A stretch of 64,000 nucleotides of DNA from the human T2T-CHM13v2.0 reference genome, Homo sapiens. The notes below the pieces were generated by a model, which saw nothing but the letters and a program-made list of their open reading frames with translations, ran no database searches and was not told where the DNA came from. Positions 41,481 to 55,478 of this stretch are shown piece after piece (the first letter of the stretch is position 1; the number at the start of each line of letters is the position of its first letter). The DNA is taken from NCBI RefSeq assembly GCF_009914755.1, contig NC_060947.1, one strand, 5' to 3'. The position numbers and the translations under genes were made by a program.

Positions 41481-42428
41481 AGCTTTTCAAGGCGTGCCTT
41501 TGGTTTTTTTAAGAAGTGCTATCTAAAGGAAAAGCTGGACTATGACTCTGGGGAACTTTCATATCCTCAGTTGACCTTAGGCTGTGTGACCTTGAGCAGG
41601 TAGCATAACCTCTCTGAGTTTCCCGCGTGCCTTATGTGCAGATTGAGATGCTAAAATGAGAGAGCTAAATTGGAAAGCTTTTTCCACATAGGGGGCCGTG
41701 AGCAGGTGGCTGTTTTGTCCTCTGGCACCTTTGGCTCAGACTTAAGCAGCTTCAACGACCGCCAAGATGCCTGCCATGCCCACCAAGATTTAAAGGACTC
41801 TGATAATTCTTTCTCTCCCCAAACGGTGTTTTCCTTATCTAATCCTAATAACCAAGCCTGGAGGAATCGCTGACTTCGTGATTGAAGGCTCTCCAGGTCC
41901 CCTAGTTTAAGGGCAGAGATTTACTTTCTCTGAGGCTACAAAGGAGCGTCTGCGAGAATGTCTCTACCTTAGACAAAACAGGGAGGAGGGGTGGAGCTCT
42001 CCAAATTGCCTCTGGTTTGGGCTTTTTCTTTCTGTTTTGGTGTATCGTCTCTGGCCAACAACACCTGTGAGTCCTTGATGTGACGATTAGGGAAGATGTT
42101 TTTAATTCACATAACTATTCTTTAGAGAAAATTGATCCTGAAACACCTTATTGCCTTATCGTAGAATGACTGCATTACTCAGAATTCTTTACCTCTACCG
42201 GAATTTAGTGAAGGGAAGGCACAACGTACATTAGGAAAATACAGGACACACTCCAGTCCTTAAACCTTCCACAATCTTCTAGCTCTTTAAGGTCGAGTGT
42301 GATCCTCCCCAGAACTGCATCTTCCAGGAAGCTCATGAGAAAGGAAGGATCCCAGGTCCCATCTCTGATCTGAGTCGGCATCTGCGTTTTAACAGAATCC
42401 TGAAGCAGTGGTCTAACTCCTTTGGTGG

Positions 42429-42784
42429 TGTTATTGTTTGCATGTATACCTCCAAAATTCACATATTGAAATACTAACCCCCAAGGTGATAGTATTAGGA
42501 GGTGGGGCCTTTGGGAGGTAATTAAGTCATGAGGGTGAAGCCCTCATGAATGGGATTAGTACTCTTAGAAAAGGGACCCCAGAGAGGTCTCTTTCCACCA
42601 TGTAAGGATAAAAGTACACGGAGAAGATGGCAATCTGCAAACTGGAAAAGGGCCCTCCTCAGAACCTGACCATCTTGGCACCTTGATCTCAGACTTCCAT
42701 CTTCCAGAACTGTGAGAAATAAATTTCTTTTATAAACACTCAGTCAATGCTACTTTATTATAGCAGCCTGAATGGATTAAGACA
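42429..42784 (+). mobile_element. MLT1A-type MaLR LTR
   Basis: TG...taagaCA termini; TSD ggtgg/ggtgg. Confidence 0.85.
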
Positions 42785-43171
42785 GGTGGTCTGGTTTAAA
42801 GTGATGTGGTGGCATCAGAAGTTTAAGGAGAGACTGGATTTACAGAACCAGAATCTGGGATGCTGTTTACAGAGCAAGTTATTTCCTGCATTTGGACACT
42901 GTCAGCAGGTCGATTCAGGAGACAGGTGAAAACTTTATCACCGGGCAGCCTGGATGAACACCACAACTTTGATATCTTTCACTTAAAGGAAAGATAAGGG
43001 CATCCACTATTTCTACACCTGGCTGGCAGAGTGAGAGCTCACCAAAGGTAAGTCTCTTTGGAGCAGCAAAATGCTCCATAATTTAACTCTTAAAATTTTA
43101 AATTTATTTCCTCCTTACTCCCTTCAATCCCGTATCATATCTCCATGTAACTAGTTAAAAGTTCAGCTCTC

Positions 43172-43300
43172 AGCTGGGTGAGGTGGCATGTGCCTGTAGT
43201 CTCAGCCACTCAGGAAGCTGAGGTGGGAGGATTGCTTGAACCTAGGAGTTCATCTTCAGCCAGAGCAATGTAGTGAGACCTCATCTCTAAAGAAAAAACA
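43172..43300 (+). mobile_element. FLAM/FAM monomer
   Basis: Single 7SL-derived arm; TSD aaaagttcagct. Confidence 0.8.
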
Positions 43301-43978
43301 AAAAAAGTTCAGCTTTCTAATGTAAGGAAGGATATATTCATTCACATTTGTCTTTGTCATCTCATCGCCAAGCTTAGCACTTGGCCCATAGTATATGATC
43401 AATAAATATTTGTTTTGGATGTTGGATTTATGTAAATTACCATTGTGATCTGAATATATAGTAATTTAATTGCTCTTTGAAACTTTTTTTCTGTAATTAA
43501 TTTGCTTATTTTTGCTCGTCTATTTTCCTTAGTAATTTAGTTTCAAACGGGTTTGTTTATTTAGCCATTTACGTAATTATTAATCATCTGTTGTATAGCA
43601 AGTGTTACGTTGGTACAGGGCATACACAGTTGAAAGAATTCAGCCCTTATCAGGGATGCAGAGTCCAGTGGATAGGGAGACATCTGATGTGTAATTACAG
43701 AGGCGTGATGATGTGGTATTGCAAAGCCATGCACAGATGCCCTGGTTGTGCACACCAGCTACGGAGTAGGAAACCTTTAGCTTCGGGAGGTGCCTACAGT
43801 AGCACCCAGCACAGAAACAAAATGCCCCAGCTTGATGGCTCCTTTTCCTCTCCAGTGCTTCCTCTCAGGAGATTTTATCCTGTATCCCATAAGGGAGGAG
43901 AAATGGACATGGGTAAGTGTTGCTTGTCCACACCTCTGCTCCAGGGAAAGGACCATATCTCAGAATCTTTGAGTCTAA

Positions 43979-44338
<360 letters not shown>

Positions 44339-44429
44339 TAACACCTCTTGTCGGTCAACGTTACAAGTGCTTTGGTTTTTTAAAAAAACAAATCTCTTGT
44401 CGTGTATTCAATATGCTTTGCTTATTCTG

Positions 44430-44856
44430 CCTCCTGCTTGATAACTGCTCTTCTTTGTCACTTCCTCCCCAAATCTTGCAAACTGATCCCGATGAGCTGT
44501 GGAGCTTAGATACATGCACTTTAATTTCAGGGGAGTGTGGCAACACTGCTGGAGCACTGCCCTTTCCATGGGGGCTTCAAAGTGATACTCATGATAACAT
44601 GCCCTCTGTGCCTAGTTTAAGCAATATCTTGTCTTGAGACCACCATGGAGTTCAGAGAAAGGAACTTTTGCAATCTTGGAGTAGAACTGCCCATCCGAAA
44701 CCATAGAAAGAGGGGCTACTTCCTTCCTATAGATCACCATCTCTAGGAACACAGTGAGGGAATAGATGAAGAAGGTCATGTGTGAATGCCACTATGTGGA
44801 GGGAGCCAGCCTGAAAACAGAGGCAGCTTAGAGGGATCCAGAGCTGAGAATGAGGT

Positions 44857-44895
<39 letters not shown>

Positions 44896-45195
44896 CAGAC
44901 AGGCACCTAGGTGTGGTTGCCCCTCTTGAGCCTGTGGATGCAAATGTAATATTATACATTGAACTGAAAAATAGAGATGGTAAGGATTTCCTGAGTATTT
45001 CTGTTATCGTATTAGAATTCCTTAATTACAGTGCTTGTAACTGGTGTTCTAGATAAGGTAGAGCCGGTAAGCTTTCAAAGGTTTCATGCATAAACAATAT
45101 ATTTTATATTCCTGACTCGCTTTCCCCACTACACCTACCCTTTTCTATTTGTTAAGTTAGTTAGCATTGAGTTTCTAAAGCTTGCAAACCAAACC
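44430..45195 (+). mobile_element. Old MLT1-type LTR containing (GA)n/(GACA)n
   Basis: MaLR-like phrases (ggagttcagagaaagg, gagccagcctgaaaac, gagtttct...cttgcaaaccaaa). Confidence 0.55.
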
Positions 45196-45436
45196 GTTCT
45201 TACTAATGTAAGTGCTTTTTACATTGCGCATGGCTGTTTTCCATTAGAAATATGCTACAAAAACTGACTACTTAAAGGAACACTGGGTAAATTCTTTCTA
45301 AATGTAATATACTTTCAAAAAATATGAATTTTATATATATACCATATTATATATATTACATTATTACATATTTCTGTTATATATATGTTTACATATTTAT
45401 ATAAAACAAAATAAGACTTTTCTTTGATAGCATCTG

Positions 45437-45800
45437 TGTTTTAGTCTGTTCAGACTGCTATAACAAAATACCCAAAACCGGGTGGCTTATGAACAATAGA
45501 AATGTGTTTCTCACAGATCTAGAAGATGAACATTCCAAGATAAGTCACTAGCAGATGGTGTGTGTTGAGGTCCTATTTCCTGATTCATAGATGGCACCTT
45601 TTTGCCCTGTCCTCACATGGTGGAAGGGGCAAGGGAGCTCTCTGGGGCCACTTTGATAAGGGCACTAAACCCATTCATGAGGCTCCACCTTCAGGACCTC
45701 CTCCCCTCCCAAAGACCGCACATCCTAACACCATCACTGTGGGGGATAGGATTCAACAAATACATTTTTGGGATGGGACACAAACATTCAGACCATAGCA
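45437..45800 (-). mobile_element. MLT1A-type MaLR LTR
   Basis: tgttttagtctgttcagactgctataacaaaatacc...cagaccatagca; TSD atctg/atctg. Confidence 0.87.
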
Positions 45801-46677
45801 ATCTGAAAACATAATTCAAAATAGCCATCCTTTGGAAATATAATTTATTTATGACTCAGTATATCTGATAATATATGATAATCTTTAGATCTTTTAACAT
45901 GGTGTTGAAACTAAATATCAGACTATTTCTATTAAAGAGAAACATTTTAAAAATGTGACATTTATTTTATAAACTTCATTTTAATTTAATATGTGAAGGG
46001 TTCCAAATGTAATATTATGCATTGAGCTGAAAAACAGAGATAGTAAAGTAGGCAAGCTTTCAGAGTTCTTATACTTAAACGATATATTTTATAGAAAACG
46101 GGTTCAGATCCTTGATAGCCAGGTGGTGAGTATGTGGTACCAAATGTACACATAATCCTAAATATTTTTTAAAATCCCAGTCAAAGAAAACTGGTATTCT
46201 CTGCTCTGTGTACTTCATCGCAAAGCAACTGTACAGTGGACATGGCTGCTAGGGGTCCACCAATTGTTCAGACATAAATAGTCCTTTCTAGCCTTCAAAT
46301 ATTTTTCTTATCATGGAGCCGATTACTGAGGAAATAATATCAATATCAAGTAAGTAATATTGTTGGGTGACAGGTGGACAGCTTCAGTGCCTTATGCTCC
46401 ATCAAATTCACCAAAATACTGTATTTTAATTTGGAGTACAAGATCTAGACATTACCAGTGCTGTTATCAAAATGAACACCGTAACTACTAAAACATTTAA
46501 TTATCTAATCACCTCATTTCAAAGAGACAAAATAAAGATTTTGGTCTATTCTTTGTTAGTAAAATGCCTTGCTTTCCTGAGCACCCACTCCTATTATTAG
46601 AATCTTATTATTAATATTTACTACACTTATTGTCTGCCCACTCCATGCCAGTCCTTTATATACATTGTCTCATATCA

Positions 46678-47009
<332 letters not shown>

Positions 47010-48020
47010 GAAATATATAATAATATATAATAGATGACTCAAATAAAAAGAGAAATATATAATAGATGAAAGTTTAAGGTAGCCTTTCCATATCTGTGCT
47101 GAGATTATAAGGCCAGGTTGCCCTGCTCTAAAGCCTGTGCACAAATTAGTAAAATACTAAGCTTTTATGATGTGCCAAGCTTTGTGTTATTTGGCTACTC
47201 TGAGTCTCAGAATCTTTCTTCCTGTAATTCTTTCTCAGGTTAGAATTTGTGATTGGTTTCATATCTGGATGTTTATAATTTAAAAATGGTAAAAGTCTTA
47301 ATAGATGTTATATATGAGTTTATAGCATTTAAAGAACTTGTTCGCGTCTTGAAAAGAAAAATAAAGCAAGCCTAGCAATTAATTAAAACTACCCTTCTCT
47401 ATTGATCATTTGCAGCAGTAACTCTTTTTTATGTCTCCTTTTCCTGGAAGCTATGTCATAAAGTAGGTGATTGTAAAACAAACATAATTTCCATTAGGAG
47501 CAATGTTATAAAAGGGGATTATGTTATTGGCTAAGGTCTTAACTACAAATAAATTATGTATCTATTCATTTGTCTTCACGCCTTTGCTCTCATTAGATAA
47601 ACTTTTTGTCCAATATATGAAAAGAGCTGGGCTAGGCATTACAAATAAATTTTAAAAGAATCTTAAGGTAAACTGTTCCTTTAGCTCACTGTATTTTCTT
47701 GTTCAAATGTCCTTTCATACTTCTGTGTCCCATTAAGCCCTACTTTTTCTTCAAGGCCTAAATCAAACTCTACTTGTGGAATACATTCAACCACCTCTGT
47801 TAATCTTAGCCACACCCTCATCTTTGTTACTATGTGTACATTATTGCTGTAGCATCTCTGACCTTTTATTTCAGTTAGGGATATGCTCGCCACCACTCTC
47901 TAGGTTCAGAGTTCATTTGGAGCAGGGACTATGACTTGTACTTTTTGGCTTTCTCCAGCACATAGAAGTTAGCTAAAGCATAGGAAATGAGTAAATGTTT
48001 ATAATAAGAATCTTTAAACT

Positions 48021-48340
<320 letters not shown>

Positions 48341-48452
48341 CTAGCTAGCTTTAGCAGAGGAAAATATGCTACTTTAAATAATCAAGGTGCTAGAGGTAGT
48401 GCTAACTGCAGATATGGCTCGGTCAGGCACTCAGTGAATGCTGTTAGGGCCA

Positions 48453-48835
48453 TGTATTAGTCTGTTCTCACACTGCTATAAAGAAATACCTGAGACTGGG
48501 TAATTTATAAAGGAAAGAGGTTTAACTGACTCACACTTCCACATGGCTGGGAAGGCCTCAGAGAACTTCTAATCATGGCAGAAGGGGAAGCAGACATCTT
48601 CTTCACAAGGCAGCAGGAGAGAGAGGAGTGAGCGAAGGGGGAAGAGCCCCTTATAAAACCATCAGATCTCATGGGAACTCACTTATTATCGTGAGGACAG
48701 CATGGGGGAAACTGCCCCCTATGATCCAATCACCTCCCTTCCTTGACACATGGAGATTATGGGTCCCTCCCTCAACAGGTGGGAATTATAATTTGAGATA
48801 AGATTTGAGTGGGAACACAGAGCCAAACCATATCA
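48453..48835 (-). mobile_element. MSTA-type MaLR LTR
   Basis: tgtattagtctgttctcacactgctataaagaaatacctgagactggg...gccaaaccatatca. Confidence 0.88.
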
Positions 48836-50569
48836 GATCACCATTTTGCCACTTCCTCTATATGTTTCTCTTCTTAGTCTCATTCTGCAGGCAGCCCCTC
48901 ATCTTCTTAGCTTATCAGTGGAAAAGTGCTTTTATCACTATCTCCCTCCCAAATTTAGAAAAAGATTCCTGTTGGTTCTGTTTTTATTACATGCATGTCC
49001 TTGCAATAATCAATGTGAACAGCAAATTATGATACATGATGGTTTGAGCCCATGATGAGATGAGCATGGGCTGTGCAGACAGTGGGTAAATATGAATGGA
49101 TGCACTGCGGGTCCAGAGACAGTTGGGTGGGAAAGCCCTCCTAGGAAGAGGCCTGGCAGACTCAATCCACCTGTCCACTGCAGTATTTGATAAATATTTG
49201 TTGAATTCAATGAAAGCAAAAGGGCGGCTGTAATCTCTGTATAAAATGGGACAATTTGCTTTACTCCTTTTGATACATAAAACTATATAGTACATATCTA
49301 ATTGGCACACATTCCGCCTAAGCGAATAGGAACACAAGTATGATGTTTAGTACAACCAAAAGTTAGTTGCAATATTAGATATGTTCAAATTAACAGTGTG
49401 TTACTTGGCATCAGTGTTGTCCAGCATTGAATTAACTATAGGGTTACTTGGCTTCTTTGAATTTCATGGGCTATTTTGGATGTGAGAGGGGGCATAAGAC
49501 TTGCTCACCAAGTCAGTGTAAATGAATGATTTTTCACTGTGATAAATTTCCCCATAGGGAGCTGTGCTACTTAGAGTGGTGGCAAGAATCTTATCTTACA
49601 CATGGGATGAAAGTAGATGCTAAGTAAATGTTTGTTTTTGACATCAGTGACAATAATGATAATGCTTTTCTGCCAAAATTTTTAAGGAGTAGGAGGAGAT
49701 CCCAAGGTTCTCTCCATCATCTCTTACTTTAGAACATAGCATCATAAGGCATTTTGAAAAAGAGAATAGTCACCATTTAGTGGACATCCTTTAAGGTATC
49801 ATATTTTGTGTTAAAGCCATAAATAAATATACTATTGACATAAACTTTCAAAAATGTTCTTTACAACAACTTCACTAAATTTCTAACAAAAGTAACATAA
49901 TACCCCAACCTATACAGATGCATTCCCCATTTGGAAAACTACAAAAAGAATAGGTAAAAGTGGGCCAGGCATGTGAGTTGGAAGTCACAGTGAAATTCCA
50001 AAAGGGCCCTGGCTGACATGTAGAAGGTGGCTGTAGTTTCAGGCTCTCTTATTATGACTTGAATTCTCAGAAAACCAGCAGAGAAGTAGGGGGCTAATAG
50101 AACCCAATAATATGTGGGACAATATTTGTTGAATTGTATGGATTGATTCTATTATTCCTGGTGAAAAAATTCCCAAGCTCTAATGAACTGTCATTGATTC
50201 CTGTAAGCAGCTAAATGTAAAATAATGAAAACACAGAATTCACCCTCTGTGAACGAAAGAGATGGCAAGTTCAAAGTCATTCCAACAGCATTAATTACAT
50301 GGGAAAGCCTATCCCCAGGTATACCTGCCTAAGATGTGTTTTGCATTTTTAAAATTCCCAGGTGGAAGCTGGAGAGCCCTATCTATATTGTCCTTTTAAG
50401 CACCAAGCTTTCTTTCCTATATTTTATTCTCTCACCTCATCTTGAGGGAGCATGATCCCACTCTTAAGATGCACTAGAAATGTCATATTAAGACAGTAAA
50501 CCTTTCATAATATAAACATTTGAGTAGCCATATAGCACCTTCACATCTCACTTAAAAAGCAACTGTAGA

Positions 50570-50880
50570 AGCCAGGCATGGTGACCCACGCCTGTAATCC
50601 CAGCACTTTGGAAGGCTGAGGCGGGCAGATCACTTGAGGTCAGGAGTTCAAGACCAGCCTGGCCATCATGGCGAAACCCCATCTCTACTAAAAACACAAA
50701 AAAATTAGCTGGGCGTAGTGGCAGGTGCCTGTAATCCCAGCTACTCAGGAGGCTGAGGCAGGAGAATCGCTTGAACCTGGGAGGCAGAGGTTGCAGTAAG
50801 CTGAGATCGCTCCACTGCACTTCAGCCCAAGTGATGGAGTGAGACTCCATCTCCAAAACAAAACAAAACAAGACAAAATC
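50570..50880 (+). mobile_element. AluS SINE
   Basis: Full dimer; TSD aaaaagcaactgtagaa. Confidence 0.92.
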
Positions 50881-52325
50881 AAAAAGCAACTGTAGAAAGC
50901 AGAACACACCATAAATATACCATAAGGTTAAGGTTCTTCAAAAGGCTCATTATCATTCTGGAATTTAGTTTTCCTGTATCTTCATGTATATCTACACCAA
51001 AATTTAGAAAATTCACTGAGCACCAAAGATGAGGACATTTTTCTAGTTTTATCAGAGAAAATAATTCAGATTCTGTAGGGTATAGAAACATTTACAAGAT
51101 AATATTTTAAAGAGAACTGAGCTTCATTTCACCATTCTGTGAACCTAGGCAAAAGTTACATTCACTTCTGTTGGAAAAGAAACTGAAATGACATTTTTGC
51201 TTAATTGTTAAAAGAGAAGTACCTTCTGTTAATGCGGACAAACACATTGGTTCAATGACCCCAATTTTACTTACACTTAACATCCACCCAAACTAAATTT
51301 TCATTAACTGTTGATGTGATTGTTGAAATTGCAGGCCATTTTCCATCACTTAGATGTTTTCAAATATCTTTTCTTTTTTTACTTTCTATACTCATTTTGT
51401 TTTTTACTTTGTATACTAGAATGGCAAATTACTATGATACTGTATGCAACACAAAACCTCTCTGTATGTACTTTTAATTTACCTTATATTTTATGTTGTT
51501 AGAGGAAAGAGTGTTAAGTTTATGTTTTTTTAATTAACACACACTTGCATGGTGTTTACTGTGTGTGTCTTCTAACCACCTTACAGATATCAATGCATTT
51601 AATCATCTTAATAACGCTGTGAGGTATGTACTGTGCTGGCACTAACATTTTAAGGGTGGCTAAATGGTCTACAAAGAGACTAAGTAACTTTCTCAAGATC
51701 ACACATTTGATCAGTAGCAGAGCCAGGATTCATTTCTTTACCATTTTGCCATGGTGCCTCCCCAATGCCAAAGTCAAAAGTAGCAAAGTAGACCCATGTT
51801 CACAGGTTGTTTATGGCAGGCATTTTCGTAGAGACATTGATAAGTGAATTGAGAAATGAGGCTGTCCAGCTATACCCCAGCAGGATCTTGAGAGGCTCAT
51901 CCTCCTCTGCCAAGCTATTAAATGTCGAGTTATCAAGACTTAGACTTGGGGTCCATTTCCTTGTGCCAACTAGGGGACACCATTCCTGCCCAAAGCTTTG
52001 GTGTGGTCTCTCAGCCTCCGGCCTCCACATCAGGTAGTGTGGTAACACGAGGACTCCTAATTTGGACTGCCTACCTGTGCATAGGGGCCAACTCAGGATA
52101 TAACTCAGGGAAAGCCCCTGCCTAGGTGAAGGGGGAAAGCCCATCCTGCCCACTAGCACAGTCGAGGTGTGGGAGAAGGAAAAAGGGCTACCGAGGCAGA
52201 AAATTAATGTGCTACTTCCCCCACCTTCATGGTTCTATGTTGGGAGTGCTCTTGTAGACGCACACAGGAAGGTAAAGGGCATGCCTGTTTTCCCACACAT
52301 GGCCTTGGGGAGCTATAATACTCTA

Positions 52326-52485
52326 GTACAGTGGTTCTCAATTCTGCTGCTTTTGATGAGTTTAGGATGGAGCCCAGGCATCAATATTATTTTGGTGGTG
52401 GGGAGTCGGCGGGGTAGGGGTGGCGGGGGGAGTTGAGGGGACCTCTCAGGTGAATCTAATGTGTAGCTGGGGTTGAGAACCACTA
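52326..52485. mobile_element. MER5A-like hAT fossil
   Basis: TIRs cagtggttctcaa ... ttgagaaccact. Confidence 0.75.
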
Positions 52486-54149
52486 TTCTTAGAGAAGTTC
52501 TCTGGTTGGTCAACATGACACCAGGACTGTAATGCAGGTTTGGGAGAAGGATATGCCTGGATCCTGAGCTAACATAAGCGTCAGCCTGGTGATCAAGGGA
52601 TCTGGAAGATTCTGCCTACCCCAATGAGGAGTGACAGAATAGCTGAGCAAATCCAGGCCGGCCTGAGATGGGGATGCAGTCCTGGGGGTATAGAGAACAG
52701 AGGCAAGGACCAGGACCATGGAGTCCAGCTTCAGGAACATAGCTGGTGCCACACGTGCCAGGTGCAACCTCAGGGAACGCCAGTCCAGGAACCACCCAGA
52801 CCAGCAGAGACAGCACAGAGCCTTCTGGTACTTGATCACACCTCCCATTTCTTCCCCGTTCACAAAGTCCTAGGAACAGTGCTGGATACACAATTTGCAG
52901 GGTCCAGTGCAAAAGGGAAATGAAGAACCTGTGCACAAAGAGCAGGAAAAAAAAAATTGCCATTACTAGCTTTTTCCTTATTTCTGTGGCCTATCTCCCT
53001 CAATTTGTTAAAGAGTTTTAAATTTGCTATTTGATGTCTAAGTAAAGAAAAAATGGTAAATAATTAGCATGAAACTTCATCATTCATGTTTATATTGCGT
53101 GATGCCAGTTTTACAGACAAATATCAGAGCATTTAAGTAGGATGTGGGACTATCACAATCACACAACCCATGTTTTGTAGCCTACACATGCACATGCGTT
53201 TCATTCTGGCCTGAATAGTGAGGATGCCGTGCAAGAGTAGCCCAACTCTTCTGATTCCACTTCTTGATATGCACACATTGAACCAACACTCTCCACCTGC
53301 TGAGTGAGGAAGGCCTGAAAGGAAAAGAATTGTGGGCTCCTCTATCTTTTGCTTTCCTCTGTGTCATCATTTTGAGCTTAAGTGGCTGGCCAATCCAGGA
53401 GATGACATGGATAGGTAGGAAAGGTTATAACAGGCTTCCTTGGTCACATGTGTTTCTTTAGTATACATTTGCTTTCTCTCTGCTTTCGAAGAAAATTCTG
53501 GTTCAAATGGGAAAATGTGGCATCTGAGGCTGGCAGCATTTCTCCTAACTCAGCCATGAGTATAACACTGTCCCTTGGTACTTGCTTTGAGACTGTGATC
53601 TCCCACGCATTGTGGGTCTATTGTTCTTCTGTGCTCATGAAGCATCATAGACCCTATGTGTACGAAGCAGGCAGCTGGGAACAGCAGACGTGCACATTGC
53701 CAGTATCTCCTCTGCTCATGTTTATACATCAGTGTCCCATCAGATGTCCCTTAGAAAACACAAGTTCAAACATAAAATTACTACAGATTTCAAGATGGCC
53801 ACAGCAGAGCATTAATCCAAGTATGGGGTCCTTCTGAGCATGGGGTCCTTTCTGAGCATGGGGCCCTGTTTGACTGTGCCAGCTACCTCCCCATGAATCT
53901 GGTCCTGCTCAGGGATGCTTTCCAGTATTCCCAGTTAACATCTCACAGAAAATGGGGAGAGAAGAAACTTTTTGCTCTGCATGAAATGAGACTGTTGTGA
54001 TTATTAGATACTAGTGATAACATGAAAGAACAAAATAATTTACTCTTGGCTGTTTGTTTAAAATTTCTATTCCTGAGATTCATTGCCTTAGTTAAGACTG
54101 CTTTGGTTGCTGAGAGAAAAAGCAGAAATTATATGTGGATAAAGAAGAT

Positions 54150-54330
54150 TACTGTTAGAATATACTTGCTAAAAAAGTAGATTTCAAGTGTTCTCGTCAC
54201 AAAAAAATGATAAATATAGAGATAAGGCATGTTAATTAAGTTGATGTGGCATTCCACAATGTAAACATATTTCAAAGCATATTATACGTGATAGTTATAT
54301 AAAATTTTTCTTTGTCAATTAAAAAAATAA
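54150..54330 (+). mobile_element. Old L1M 3' end
   Basis: ttgctaaaaaagtagatttcaagtgttctc...ccacaatgtaaacatatttcaaa...tgtcaattaaaaaaataa. Confidence 0.75.
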
Positions 54331-55464
54331 TACAGAACCCAGGGAAGGGGGGATGTCTAGGGGATTGGCACTAGGAAGTGGAAAGCCACCGGAAACCATG
54401 TGTCCTCTTTGGATTTCCAGGGTCTTGTGGATTCTCACTTAGCATCTCTTGCTTCCATTCCAGGAGATCCACTTTCTCTGATTCTCAGTGTGCACACCAT
54501 AACCAAACGTGGCAGCCTTCAGCTCTGGAGTTTATACAACCTCAGCTCAGGCAAACAGCACAGACAGTGTAGAGTCTCATTTTTCCTAGTCCATATTTCT
54601 GGCAGAGAGAATGTGATTGGACAGATGTCCCTGGTCCTAGCAGTGATGAATGGTGAGGGCTGGGGGGCCAGGACTTGGAAGCTCATGGGATGGACAACAT
54701 TCCTGAAGTTTTCTACTGCACCCTTCGTACTTGGTTAAATGTCCTGGTCATAAGTTAACTTTATAATAGATAAATCATACATCTAGATCTAGATATCTGC
54801 TTTTTCTCTTACTATTGTTTACATTTCTTTTTTTGGTAACTGGATCAATACAGAAGATGAGCACAACATTTTATAAATAAAAGATAATAAAAATAATCTG
54901 GGAGCAGTTGCAGAGCCCACGCTGTGTGCCAGTATCTTTGCTCATCGCGTTGTATTCATTGTGTCAGTGTCCACAATAAGCACCCTGGAGCTGGGTAAAG
55001 TCACTCACCCCAAAATGCCAAGGCACTTTCCCAGGGGCCTGGACAGGAAGGAAGCAGAGCCAGGAAAGAAATCCAGATTCAAATCAGTGCTGAGCCTGTA
55101 CTCTTTTTACTAGAAAATAACAAACACGAGCTGGCTTGATTATGTACTCTTTTGAGAAACTATCATCATTATCATTATAGCCCTCACTTTCTCCCTGGTT
55201 ATTCATTGACTGCTGTCAGAGTTCAGACAACTTCTGATGCTTGATTTTTTTCAAGGAACTCAATTAAAAAGATAGTAGCAATTAAGCACAGCAGATTGTC
55301 AGAAATGTTTGCCCTTAGTTAATGAGTGACTTTCAGAATAGTGCTAGTGTGTCCTCCAAGATTACATGCATAATCCCACAAAAATTGATGCCAGGTGGGC
55401 CTGACCTGCGTGTGAAAGTAGATTTCTTGTGTTTTCAAGATGTTTTTCTATAGCCGTTTCCAGT

Positions 55465-55478
55465 CTGCCCTCTGCTGG
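55465..55478 (-). promoter_or_regulatory. CTCF core motif match
   Basis: Minus strand CCAGCAGAGGGCAG fits CCASYAGRKGGCRS; occupancy unknown. Confidence 0.5.

Noticed and set aside
52395-52440. G-quadruplex-like G-runs (also 28931-28952)
   Set aside because: G-run expansions inside hAT MITE fossils; common and with no functional context evident.
53823-53865. Short tandem ggggtccttctgagcat repeats
   Set aside because: Local slippage within a probable MER91-like fossil; no further structure.
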